Part shown: one piece after another, positions 15,502-24,611 of the stretch
Layout: the number at the start of each line of letters is the position of its first letter
How positions within the stretch are numbered: position 1 is the first letter of the stretch
Origin: an uncultured Pelagibacteraceae bacterium
GTDB taxonomy: Bacteria > Pseudomonadota > Alphaproteobacteria > Pelagibacterales > Pelagibacteraceae
Assembly (NCBI GenBank): GCA_902595535.1
Contig: CACJQI010000003.1
Span: 20,383 to 84,382, forward strand
Reading direction: 5' to 3'
DNA: 64,000 nucleotides
Translations under genes and position numbers: made by a program
The notes under the pieces: model-generated
Seen by the model: only the letters and a program-made list of their open reading frames with translations
Database searches by the model: none
Told to the model about the DNA's origin: nothing

Positions 15502-16926
15502 CTAAAGTTTAGTTCCGCCGACAGTCATTTTATCAATTAAAATTGAGGGCTGCGCTACTCCTACCGGAACACCTTGACCAGCTTTTCCACAAGTTCCAAT
15601 TCCAGGATCCATCATCATATCATTTCCAACCATTGATACTTCTTTTAAAATTGATGGGCCATCTCCTATTAAAGTTGCACCTTTGATCGGTGAACCAATT
15701 TTACCATTATTAATTTCGTATGCCTCAGTGCAGTTAAAAACAAATTTACCAGAAGTGATGTCAACCTGACCTCCCCCAAAACTTACTGCAAAAATTCCCC
15801 TATTAACTGATTTGATCATCTCATCTTGGGTATGTTGACCATTCATCATCATAGTATTTCTCATTCTTGGTAGAACTATATGTTTATAATTTTCTCTTCT
15901 TCCACTTCCTGTTGATTTGGTATTCATCAGTCTTGCATTTAATCTATCTTGCATGAAATTTTTTAAAATTCCGTTCTCAATTAACACTGTTTTTTCTGTA
16001 GGTGTTCCTTCATCATCAATTGTTAAACTTCCTCTTCTTTTTCCAATAGTTCCATCATCAACAATAGTAACACCCTCGCTAGCAACCTTTTGACCCATTA
16101 AATTATGAAAAGCAGAGGTTTTTTTTCGATTAAAGTCTCCCTCCAGGCCATGACCTATGGCTTCATGAATTAAAATTGCTGGCCATCCAGGGCCTAACAC
16201 TACTTTCATTTCACCTGCTGGTGCTGGTTTGCTATCCAAGTTTACTGAAGCAATTCTTAATGCTTCTTCACAAACATTTTTCCAATTATCATTTTTTAAA
16301 TATTCATCATAAGATTGTCTTCCGCCAATACCATAAACGCCAGTTTCTTTTCTTCCATTTTTTTCAAGCATCACAGAAACATTAAATCTTATTAATGGTC
16401 TAACATCTGTTAAGGCTTCACCACCTGAACGTATAATTTCAATTGATTTTTGTTCTCCACTAAAACTTGCTGTAACCTGTTTCACTGAAGAGTCTTTTTT
16501 ACGTAAATAATCATTAACTTTATTTAAAACCTCAAGTTTTGAGTCCAGTGATTTTTGTTCTATTGGGTTAATATCTTCATAAAATTTATTGTTAGTTTTT
16601 GGGATCTCATGATTATAAGTTCCTTTGCTTGACTTAAGAGTTGATTTAAGGTTTTGTGAAGAATTTTTTAATGACTCTTTTGAAATTTCATTGGAATGAG
16701 AGTACGCAACCACTTCATTTGAAATGGCCCTAAATCCAAAACCTAAATCAGAACTATAATTTGAACTTTTAATTTTATTATCATCCAATAATATTGACTC
16801 TGATTTTGTGTCCTCTAAATACAATTCGCCATCATCACAATTTTTAAGTGTATCAGAGACAATCTCATCTACATCCTTTCTGTTTAAATCTGATTTATCT
16901 AGAAAATTATTCATGATAAAATACAT
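15502..16926 (-). CDS. tldD: Metalloprotease TldD
   Basis: LIHEAIGHGLEGD, PRMRNT, CGKAGQGVPVG. Confidence 0.95.
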   Translation of the reverse strand: MYFIMNNFLDKSDLNRKDVDEIVSDTLKNCDDGELYLEDTKSESILLDDNKIKSSNYSSDLGFGFRAISNEVVAYSHSNEISKESLKNSSQNLKSTLKSSKGTYNHEIPKTNNKFYEDINPIEQKSLDSKLEVLNKVNDYLRKKDSSVKQVTASFSGEQKSIEIIRSGGEALTDVRPLIRFNVSVMLEKNGRKETGVYGIGGRQSYDEYLKNDNWKNVCEEALRIASVNLDSKPAPAGEMKVVLGPGWPAILIHEAIGHGLEGDFNRKKTSAFHNLMGQKVASEGVTIVDDGTIGKRRGSLTIDDEGTPTEKTVLIENGILKNFMQDRLNARLMNTKSTGSGRRENYKHIVLPRMRNTMMMNGQHTQDEMIKSVNRGIFAVSFGGGQVDITSGKFVFNCTEAYEINNGKIGSPIKGATLIGDGPSILKEVSMVGNDMMMDPGIGTCGKAGQGVPVGVAQPSILIDKMTVGGTKL

Positions 16927-16998
16927 AGTTATTTAAATATTATTTTCAATGGATGATTTTACGCATTTACAAAATAATCTTTATAGTTACTTAAATAA

Positions 16999-17349
16999 AT
17001 GATGAAAGTTTACTTCAATAATTCTTGTAAAATTTGTAGGGCAGAAATTAATTTATACAAGAAAGAAAATATAAAAGAAATTGATTGGGTTGATATCACT
17101 AATAATTTAACTGCAGAAAAAGAAACACTTAAAAATGATAAAGATCTTTTAAGAAGATTGCATGTTAAAGAAGGTAAAAAAATAATTGAAGGAGCAGAAG
17201 CTTTTCTTTTTGTGTGGAAAAAAATTCCAAAATATAAATTTTTATATAAATTTTTTAAACTTCCAATAATTTTTACTTTATTTAAATACGGATATGAAAT
17301 TATTGCTTTTTTTTTATATCTAAAAAATAAACATCAACTTAAAAGCTAA
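16999..17349 (+). CDS. DCC/DUF393 thiol-disulfide oxidoreductase-like protein
   Basis: YFNNSCKIC N-terminus; GAEAFLFVW. Confidence 0.8.
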   Translation: MMKVYFNNSCKICRAEINLYKKENIKEIDWVDITNNLTAEKETLKNDKDLLRRLHVKEGKKIIEGAEAFLFVWKKIPKYKFLYKFFKLPIIFTLFKYGYEIIAFFLYLKNKHQLKS

Positions 17350-17638
17350 TTAATAAAAAATAACATATATTTACTTAGCAAAGACATAGAAGCAATAAAC
17401 ATAATCATTACTATGGAATACATAAATGTAATTATTTAATTTTTTTTCTTCTTAGCCTAATAAAAGATTTATCATCTAAATCAGAAATATCTCTTTTGCC
17501 GACTACTTGATAATCATAACTCCATCTCCAAGTTGAGTCTCCAAGTCTAATATCTAAATTATTAAAATACCTTATCCATACAAGAGTGTATTGTAGTATT
17601 AAATACAAAATTACCATTAATAGAGTTCCAAAAAACAT
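17346..17638 (-). pseudogene. Small membrane protein with an apparent 1-nt frameshift near 17435 (or a sequencing error)
   Basis: The ORF stops at RRKKIK*. One extra A in AAATAATT continues it as IITFMYSIVMIMFIASMSLLSKYMLFFIN* (a second TM helix) to the TAG at 17346. Confidence 0.55.
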
Positions 17639-17669
17639 CTTGAAATAATACTTAATTAATTAAAAAATT

Positions 17670-18866
17670 CTAATTGGTATTTTTAGCTCTTTTTCTGGCA
17701 ATTAATTGGGTTAAAGAATCAACCATTGTGTCTGAAGCCTTAAAAATTTCATTATTTTTAAATTCGTGAGAAATATTTTTTTCTGGATTTGTTTTATCCT
17801 CAATAACTATTCCTTCATCAGGTGAATTATTTTTTATATAAATTAATAATAACCATTCGTCATCGACTGACTCATCCCACTTTATAAAGATCTCTCCTGT
17901 CTCAAATCTTCTATCAATGCATCTAAAAATAGACATATGTCTTGTAATGTGTCTTTTGTTTAATTGGAAAACTAAACTACTGGCACTCCTAAAAAAACTT
18001 TCGAGAGCAAATTCAATTTTTTGTCTTGCTAAAGTATATTCTTTTTCTTTTTTTAATAATGTTTCTCTATCTTCATCGCCTTGAATTTTAACACCTAAAG
18101 CCTCAACTCTTTCTCTTATCTTTTGATCTCTTATTATTCGGTACTTTTCTTTTAATTGTTCTATTCTTTTTTGTAGACCGGCATAGTCGTCTCTTTTTTC
18201 TTTTAGAGATATTTTCTCAAGTTTTTCTAATTCCTTAACTTCTCTTACTCTAAATTTGTCAATCTGTTTTTCTAATCTTAATTGTTTTAAAAATTGTTTT
18301 TGTTTTTCTGCTTGTTCAATTCTTAATATAGCCTGCTCTTTTCTAAGAAAGAGCTTTATGTCCTTAGCTCTTTGCTTTTCTAGTTTAACCTCATCCTTTA
18401 AAGCTTGCTCTTTTAATTTAATTTTTAATTCTTGTTCTTTTTGCCTTTCTTTTGCAATTTCAATTTTTTCCTGTCTTTCTCTTTCTTGTTTTTCTAATTT
18501 TAATCTTCTCTCTTCATCTTTTTTGAGAATTTTGTACTGAGAAATCGTTGATGCTATTTTATCGAAAAATGCTTGAATATATTTTTCAAAACTAAAATTT
18601 ATTTTAAAATTTATCTCAGGTTTTAGAAAATTTTGAAAATTAATTACTTTTAAAATGAAATTTTGTTTTTTTAGAACTTTAGGTTTTACTAATTTTTTTT
18701 TTTTTCTTTTATTATTTTTTTTTAATCCTGATTTAATTTTTTTTACTTTCCTACTTTTAGATTTTATCTTTTTATAAGTTTTGTTTTTTACTCGATTTTT
18801 TGATGTTTTTATTTTTTTTGATTTTTTTTTCTTTTTTTTCATTTTCAAGAAAGCTAGTTCTATCAA
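17670..18866 (-). CDS. Conserved hypothetical Lys-rich coiled-coil protein
   Basis: Likely start 18842 (MKKKKKKSKK). K-rich N-terminus, E/K/R/Q coiled coil, globular C-terminus. Confidence 0.75.
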   Translation of the reverse strand: MIELAFLKMKKKKKKSKKIKTSKNRVKNKTYKKIKSKSRKVKKIKSGLKKNNKRKKKKLVKPKVLKKQNFILKVINFQNFLKPEINFKINFSFEKYIQAFFDKIASTISQYKILKKDEERRLKLEKQERERQEKIEIAKERQKEQELKIKLKEQALKDEVKLEKQRAKDIKLFLRKEQAILRIEQAEKQKQFLKQLRLEKQIDKFRVREVKELEKLEKISLKEKRDDYAGLQKRIEQLKEKYRIIRDQKIRERVEALGVKIQGDEDRETLLKKEKEYTLARQKIEFALESFFRSASSLVFQLNKRHITRHMSIFRCIDRRFETGEIFIKWDESVDDEWLLLIYIKNNSPDEGIVIEDKTNPEKNISHEFKNNEIFKASDTMVDSLTQLIARKRAKNTN

Positions 18867-18870
18867 TAAA

Positions 18871-20061
18871 TTATTGATAAATATAGTCTCTTGTGACTGG
18901 TGTTGATGTATAATTTTTTGTTAGTTGAAATTGATATACAACCTGATCTCCCCATTTGAATGCCATTTCACATCCTGCTAAATAAAATTCCCACATTCTA
19001 AAAAATTTTTCATCAAACATTTGAATAATTTTTTCTTTGTTATTCATACAATTTTCTTTCCAATGTCTAAGTGTATGAGAATAATGAAGTCTTAATACTT
19101 CAATATCAGCTATTACTAACCCTGCTTTTTCAATAGGTGTAGTTACTTCACTCAAGCTTGGAGTATAACCACCAGGAAATATATATTTTGTTATCCATGG
19201 ATGAGGATCTCTTGGGGGATTAACAGATCCAATAGTATGAATTAAAGAAATTCCATCTTCACTAAGCAATTTATCAATTTGTTTAAAAAATTTTTTATAA
19301 AACTTTCTGCCAACATGCTCAAACATTCCAACGCTAACTATTCTATCAAATTTTTCATTAAGTTCTCTATAGTCTATTAATTTAAAGTTTAACTGATTTT
19401 CTAAATTAAGTTCTTTTGCTTTTTTCTTACAATAGTTTAATTGATTTTCAGACAATGTGATTCCTGTAACCTCACAATTTGCACTTTTGGCAATATCAAT
19501 TGCCAAGGACCCCCAACCACAACCAATATCTAAAACTTTTTGATTAGTTTTAATGTTAAGTTTTTTTATTATATGTTGAATCTTATTATTCTGAGCTTCC
19601 TCAAGTGTGTCAGTTTCTTTTCTAAAATATGCACAAGAATACTGTCTTTTAGGATCTAAAAATAAATCATAAAGATCATCTGAAATATCATAATGATGTG
19701 AAACATTCATTTTAGATTTCTTAATGAAATTAAAATTGGTTAAATATCTATATGAACCTCTTAATCTATTTATCAAATAACTAAAAAAGTTGAGTTCATT
19801 CCTTCCAAAATTCATTAACGCCAAATCTAAGAATTCACTTAAACTTCCATTTTCAATTATAATATCGCCATTTGTATAGGCTTCTCCAAAATATAAATCC
19901 GGATGTAATAATAGTTTGTAATGAAGTTTTTTATTTAAAATTTTAACTTTGATTGGTTTATCATTCTTTGGTGATCCTATAATATAATTTTTAGAATTTG
20001 CGTCGACTAAAATAAAACCATCGTTCTTAAAAACACTATTTAAGAATCTTGCCAGTTGCAT
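18871..20061 (-). CDS. cfa: Cyclopropane-fatty-acyl-phospholipid synthase family SAM methyltransferase
   Basis: HHYDISDDLY, LDIGCGWG, SVGMFEHVG, YIFPGG, WEFYL. Confidence 0.9.
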   Translation of the reverse strand: MQLARFLNSVFKNDGFILVDANSKNYIIGSPKNDKPIKVKILNKKLHYKLLLHPDLYFGEAYTNGDIIIENGSLSEFLDLALMNFGRNELNFFSYLINRLRGSYRYLTNFNFIKKSKMNVSHHYDISDDLYDLFLDPKRQYSCAYFRKETDTLEEAQNNKIQHIIKKLNIKTNQKVLDIGCGWGSLAIDIAKSANCEVTGITLSENQLNYCKKKAKELNLENQLNFKLIDYRELNEKFDRIVSVGMFEHVGRKFYKKFFKQIDKLLSEDGISLIHTIGSVNPPRDPHPWITKYIFPGGYTPSLSEVTTPIEKAGLVIADIEVLRLHYSHTLRHWKENCMNNKEKIIQMFDEKFFRMWEFYLAGCEMAFKWGDQVVYQFQLTKNYTSTPVTRDYIYQ

Positions 20062-20062
20062 T

Positions 20063-20947
20063 TTACGCTGCCATTAATGATTTAATTGAAAAGTTTAATT
20101 TATCTAAGTTCTTTATCAATTCATTTTCATCTTGGGAATTTAAAGTATTTAGAGGTGGCAACACATTTAAATAAGATTGGTTGTATTTTCCAAAGTAAGT
20201 ATGAAGTCCTGAAATTAAATTATATTTTTCAAATGAACTTCTTACATCACATAATTTTTGATTATCAGTTTGCTCATTTTGAGCAATAAAATCATCATAA
20301 ACTTTTCTTGCTAATTCAGCGGTAGCATTACAAGTTGCAGTTATAATTCCAGAACACCCTAAATCAAGACCTTTTAATAATTTTGACTCAGAGCCAGGTA
20401 AAATTGAAAAATTTTCTAATTTTAAATTTTCAAAAAGATTATATGAACTATCTTTTACTCCAACAATTTGATCAGGAAATCTTTTAACTAATTTTTCAAC
20501 ACATTCTAAACTAAATTTATAACCACATAATTTTTCAAAATTGTATAGAATTATTTCGCTTTCAGGAATTGACTCAACTATTTTTGAATAAAAATTTATG
20601 ACATCATTATCATCATATTTATAATATGCTGGTGGCATAATTAAAAATCTTTTAAAATCTAAAGATTTAGCAATATTCATTAAATTAATTGTTTCACCTA
20701 ACGAATTTAAGCCAGTACCAATTATATATTTTTCTCTAAACTTACTTATGGATAGCTCATTTAATAAATTAATTTTTTCTGCAACAGGTATTAATTGAGC
20801 TTGCCCCGTACTACCAAAAACTGCCACACCATGACATCCTTGATCAATAACCATTTCAGCATGGTTAATTGTTTCTTTAACGTTCAATGTCAGATTTTTA
20901 TTAATTACTGACATCGAAGCAGCATATATACCCTTAATCTTACTCAT
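20063..20947 (-). CDS. Dihydrodipicolinate synthase family protein
   Basis: GSTGQ, MPPAYY, LYNF, GVKDSS. Substrate uncertain. Confidence 0.85.
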   Translation of the reverse strand: MSKIKGIYAASMSVINKNLTLNVKETINHAEMVIDQGCHGVAVFGSTGQAQLIPVAEKINLLNELSISKFREKYIIGTGLNSLGETINLMNIAKSLDFKRFLIMPPAYYKYDDNDVINFYSKIVESIPESEIILYNFEKLCGYKFSLECVEKLVKRFPDQIVGVKDSSYNLFENLKLENFSILPGSESKLLKGLDLGCSGIITATCNATAELARKVYDDFIAQNEQTDNQKLCDVRSSFEKYNLISGLHTYFGKYNQSYLNVLPPLNTLNSQDENELIKNLDKLNFSIKSLMAA

Positions 20948-20992
20948 AAATAAAATTAATCTAAAAAAAAAATTTAGTAAAGATTAAATAAT

Positions 20993-21496
20993 TTAAGATA
21001 AATCTTTTAGAACTACTTCTTTTGCTTCATTTACTATTGCTGAAAGTCTTGCAGTTTCTGGAGAAATATCGGGATGAATTTTCTTTTGTATATTGACATA
21101 AGCTTTATTTACCATTTCTTTAGTTAAATTTTTTGAAGGTTCTAAATTAAGTATTTTATAAGCTTCTAAAGTTGTCATTGAGGAAGCGTTTGAACTACTT
21201 TTGTTGTTAAATGAAAATCTTCCAGAATTTCTTAAAGTTTGTATCAGTCTATATAATGAAATTAATTGAAATAAAGATAGACCCTTTAATTTCAGCAAGG
21301 CCAAACTTGCAATTGTTAATGGTAGTGTTAATAAAAATTTCCCTGCAATAGCAAATAAAACTGCAAAGATAATTAATCCTAAAAATAGTAATATTCTGAG
21401 ACTTTTAGATATTTTTTTTGAGTTAATGCTGGCAAAAAATCTTAGGAAAAAATATAAAATAGTCAAAATTAACACTGTATAAATAATGATATTCAT
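20993..21496 (-). CDS. Membrane-anchored DnaJ-domain protein
   Basis: N-terminal TM helices; C-terminal J domain with EAYKILNL and HPD. Confidence 0.85.
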   Translation of the reverse strand: MNIIIYTVLILTILYFFLRFFASINSKKISKSLRILLFLGLIIFAVLFAIAGKFLLTLPLTIASLALLKLKGLSLFQLISLYRLIQTLRNSGRFSFNNKSSSNASSMTTLEAYKILNLEPSKNLTKEMVNKAYVNIQKKIHPDISPETARLSAIVNEAKEVVLKDLS

Positions 21497-21511
21497 ATAA
21501 TTCCTTATTTC

Positions 21512-23587
21512 ATGAAAATACCATATCTAAGAAAAAAACCAGAATTAAAATCTTGTCATAATGTTACATGGGAAGACAATTATAGCTGGATACATCAAGA
21601 AAATATCTTAGAGGTTTTAAGAGATAAAGATAAACTTTTACCAGAAGTAAGAGAATATTTAGAAAAAGAGAATGAATACACCGATCATCATTTAAACAAT
21701 ACAAAAAATTTACAAAAAGATCTGTTTAATGAAATTAAAGGTAGAATTAAACTAGATGATGAGTCTCTTCCATATAAAGATCACACTTATGAATATTGGA
21801 CAAAAACTACTGAAACTGGAAATTATTCAATTAAACTGCGTAAAAAAATTGGAAGTGATTTGGTTGAAGAAATTTGGAATGGAGATAATGAAAAAGAAAA
21901 ACTAGGTGTTGAATATTTTGGTGTTGGAGATTTAGAGGTTAGTAATAATGACAAATATCTGGGGTATTCTTTAGATACAAAAGGCTCAGAATATTACACA
22001 ATTTTTATAAGAGAAATTAAAACTAATAATATTATTACAAAAGAAATTTGTGAAACATCAGGAGGTATTACTTTTAGTTTAGATGATAAATACATTTTTT
22101 ATTCTAAGCTTGATGAAAATCATAGAGCAAGAAAAATCTTTAGACATGAAATTGGAAAATTTAATGATGAAGATGAATTAATTTTTGAGGAAAAAAGTGA
22201 GGCGTTTACCGTTGGTATTGGTTTAAGTTCTGATGAAAAATATTACTTTATAAATACTTCAGATCATAATACCTCAGAACAATATTATTTTGGGGTTGAT
22301 GAAGAAAAACCTTCACCTAAATTGATAATGCAAAGAGAAAAAGGGGTAATTTATTCAGTAAGTTCTTGGGATAACAAGTTTTACAATCATACTAATAAAA
22401 ATGCAGAAGATTTTAAAATCGATGTAACAGATAGTTTATTAGATCAAAAATGGGAAACATTCATTCCAGCTAGAAATGAAGTTTTAATAGGAGGATGTAC
22501 TTTTTTAAAAAATTGGATTATTCGATCTGAAACTTCTAATGCATTAGATAAACTGTTTGTAAGAAACATCTCATCTGGCATCGAAGAGGAGCTAAAATTT
22601 TCAGATGAAAATATTTATGTCCCTGGTATTTCTTTAACTCAAAAAGATAGGGATACAGATGAAGTACATCTTGGATATTCATCTCCAAAAACTCCTTCTA
22701 GAGTTTATAAATATAATTTATCTAATAAATCAAAAAAACTTGTAAAAGAACAAGAAATTCCCTCAGGGCATAATCCTGAAGATTATATAGTTGAAAGAAT
22801 AGAGTACGAATCTCACGATGGTAGATTGGTTCCGCTTACAATAACCCGGCATAAAGATACCAAAACTGATGGTTCGGCAAATTTATTACTTTATGGATAC
22901 GGTTCATATGGAAATTCAATGAGTCCTGGTTTTTCTTCAACCAGATTAAGTTTAATCAATAGAAATATTATATGGGCCACAGCACATATTAGAGGTGGTA
23001 TGGAAAAAGGAATGAAATGGTGGAAAGAAGGAAAACTTACAAATAAAAAAAATACTTTTGAAGATTACATCTACGCAGCAAAATATTTGATAAAAAATAA
23101 TTACTCATCTAAAGGAAAGATAATCGGTATGGGTGGGTCAGCTGGTGGATTATTAATGGGTGCAGTTGTAAATAAAGTGCCAGAGTTATTTTTAGGAATT
23201 ATTATGGCGGTACCATTTGTAGACTCATTAACAACAAATCTTGATCATTCTTTACCTTTAACAGTAGGCGAATTTGATGAATTTGGTAATGCAAAAGATA
23301 ACAAAGAGCACTTTGACTACATATTTTCTTATGCTCCATACAACAATATAAAAAAAATGGATTATCCACATATGCTAATTACTACAAGCTTAAGTGATAA
23401 TAGAGTTTTGTTTGATGAGCCTGCAAAATTTACAGCTAAATTGAGAGAATATAAAACTGACAATAATTTACTTTTATTAAAAACTGAAATGAATGCTGGT
23501 CATGGTGGAAAATCTGGAAGAGATGGCGCCATTGAAGAAATTGCTATTGATTATGCATTTGCATTAAAAATTGCTGAAAAAATTTAA
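21512..23587 (+). CDS. ptrB: Oligopeptidase B (S9 family)
   Basis: YGYGSYG, HIRGG, GGSAGG nucleophile motif, AGHGG. Confidence 0.92.
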   Translation: MKIPYLRKKPELKSCHNVTWEDNYSWIHQENILEVLRDKDKLLPEVREYLEKENEYTDHHLNNTKNLQKDLFNEIKGRIKLDDESLPYKDHTYEYWTKTTETGNYSIKLRKKIGSDLVEEIWNGDNEKEKLGVEYFGVGDLEVSNNDKYLGYSLDTKGSEYYTIFIREIKTNNIITKEICETSGGITFSLDDKYIFYSKLDENHRARKIFRHEIGKFNDEDELIFEEKSEAFTVGIGLSSDEKYYFINTSDHNTSEQYYFGVDEEKPSPKLIMQREKGVIYSVSSWDNKFYNHTNKNAEDFKIDVTDSLLDQKWETFIPARNEVLIGGCTFLKNWIIRSETSNALDKLFVRNISSGIEEELKFSDENIYVPGISLTQKDRDTDEVHLGYSSPKTPSRVYKYNLSNKSKKLVKEQEIPSGHNPEDYIVERIEYESHDGRLVPLTITRHKDTKTDGSANLLLYGYGSYGNSMSPGFSSTRLSLINRNIIWATAHIRGGMEKGMKWWKEGKLTNKKNTFEDYIYAAKYLIKNNYSSKGKIIGMGGSAGGLLMGAVVNKVPELFLGIIMAVPFVDSLTTNLDHSLPLTVGEFDEFGNAKDNKEHFDYIFSYAPYNNIKKMDYPHMLITTSLSDNRVLFDEPAKFTAKLREYKTDNNLLLLKTEMNAGHGGKSGRDGAIEEIAIDYAFALKIAEKI

Positions 23588-23598
23588 TTTTTTTCAAT

Positions 23599-23628
23599 CT
23601 TGAAATTTTTAAAATAATTACCATATAT
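23599..23628 (+). promoter_or_regulatory. RpoH (sigma32)-type heat-shock promoter
   Basis: CTTGAA (23599) ... CCATATAT (23621-23628) upstream of hsp20, matching the alphaproteobacterial RpoH consensus. Confidence 0.7.
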
Positions 23629-23633
23629 CTTTT

Positions 23634-23692
23634 GTAAGTCGCCTAATGGGGCTTACGTAAAATAAACTTGCTTAACAAAGGAGAATATTATG
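23634..23692 (+). ncRNA. ROSE-like RNA thermometer in the hsp20 5' UTR
   Basis: 5' hairpin GTAAGTCGCC-TAAT-GGGGCTTAC. 3' hairpin CTTGCTT-AACA-AAGGAG has the UUGCU motif with a bulged G pairing to the SD AGGA. Confidence 0.65.
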
Positions 23693-24136
23693 ACAAGTAA
23701 GGATCTATCTATCTTTAACTCACTAAGACCTTTTTCAATTGGTTTTGATGACATGTTTGATCAGTTTGAAAATATGTTAGGAAATGGGAATTTGACAATG
23801 CAGTCAAATTATCCTCCTTACAACATTAGAAAAACTGGTAAAGATAATTATGCCATTGAAGTAGCATTAGCTGGCTTTAACAAAAATGATGTTGAAGTAG
23901 AGTTTGAAGATAATTTATTAACCGTAAGAACTAAACAAGTTAATAAATCAGAAGAAAGTAATGTTGATGGAGAAATTATACATAAAGGTATCTCTCAAAG
24001 ACAATTTGCAAGATCATTTACAATCGCTGATGATGTGAAAGTAAATGGTGCTGCATTAAAAGATGGTCTTTTAACAATATCTTGTGAAAGAATAATTCCA
24101 GAACATAAAAAGAAAAAACTTATTGAAATCAAATAA
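23690..24136 (+). CDS. ibpA: Small heat shock protein Hsp20 (IbpA-like)
   Basis: YPPYNI, ALAGF, IHKGISQRQFARSF, LKDGLL. Confidence 0.93.
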   Translation: MTSKDLSIFNSLRPFSIGFDDMFDQFENMLGNGNLTMQSNYPPYNIRKTGKDNYAIEVALAGFNKNDVEVEFEDNLLTVRTKQVNKSEESNVDGEIIHKGISQRQFARSFTIADDVKVNGAALKDGLLTISCERIIPEHKKKKLIEIK

Positions 24137-24147
24137 GTTAAACCTTG

Positions 24148-24171
24148 CTTGCGGGGATTTTTCCTCGCAAG
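24148..24171. terminator. Terminator hairpin between hsp20 and a convergent gene
   Basis: CTTGCGGGGA-TTTT-TCCTCGCAAG. Confidence 0.75.
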
Positions 24172-24179
24172 TAATATTT

Positions 24180-24485
24180 TTAAAAACAACCGTTAGATAC
24201 AAACCCAATAACAATATTATCTGGATTTATTTCAAATCTTCTCTCGCAAGGGATTCCATATTTTTTAGTATTATAAATTAATTCAAAATTTCCTTTTGCA
24301 TTTTTAAAATCCTCATCAGGTTTTCCTAGTTCCATTTGTAAAACACTTGCGGGCTTACTTATATATTTGCTAAGTTTTTCATTTTCTTTTTCAACAATTG
24401 CATCTGTTTTATCTTTGATTGTTTGACAACCAGTAATCATCAAAAGCATTAAAAATGAAAATAAAATAAATTTTAAGTTTTGCAT
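24180..24485 (-). CDS. Hypothetical lipoprotein
   Basis: Lipobox LMITG-C. Confidence 0.75.
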   Translation of the reverse strand: MQNLKFILFSFLMLLMITGCQTIKDKTDAIVEKENEKLSKYISKPASVLQMELGKPDEDFKNAKGNFELIYNTKKYGIPCERRFEINPDNIVIGFVSNGCF

Positions 24486-24611
24486 AAATAGATAATAACA
24501 ACCTAATTATGGCATAATTATAAACTTCACAGTTGTAATTTGTGAATAAACAATAGTTTTAAAGGGTATTTATTAACAGAATCGCATACTTAACTCATAT
24601 TAGGAGGAAAA

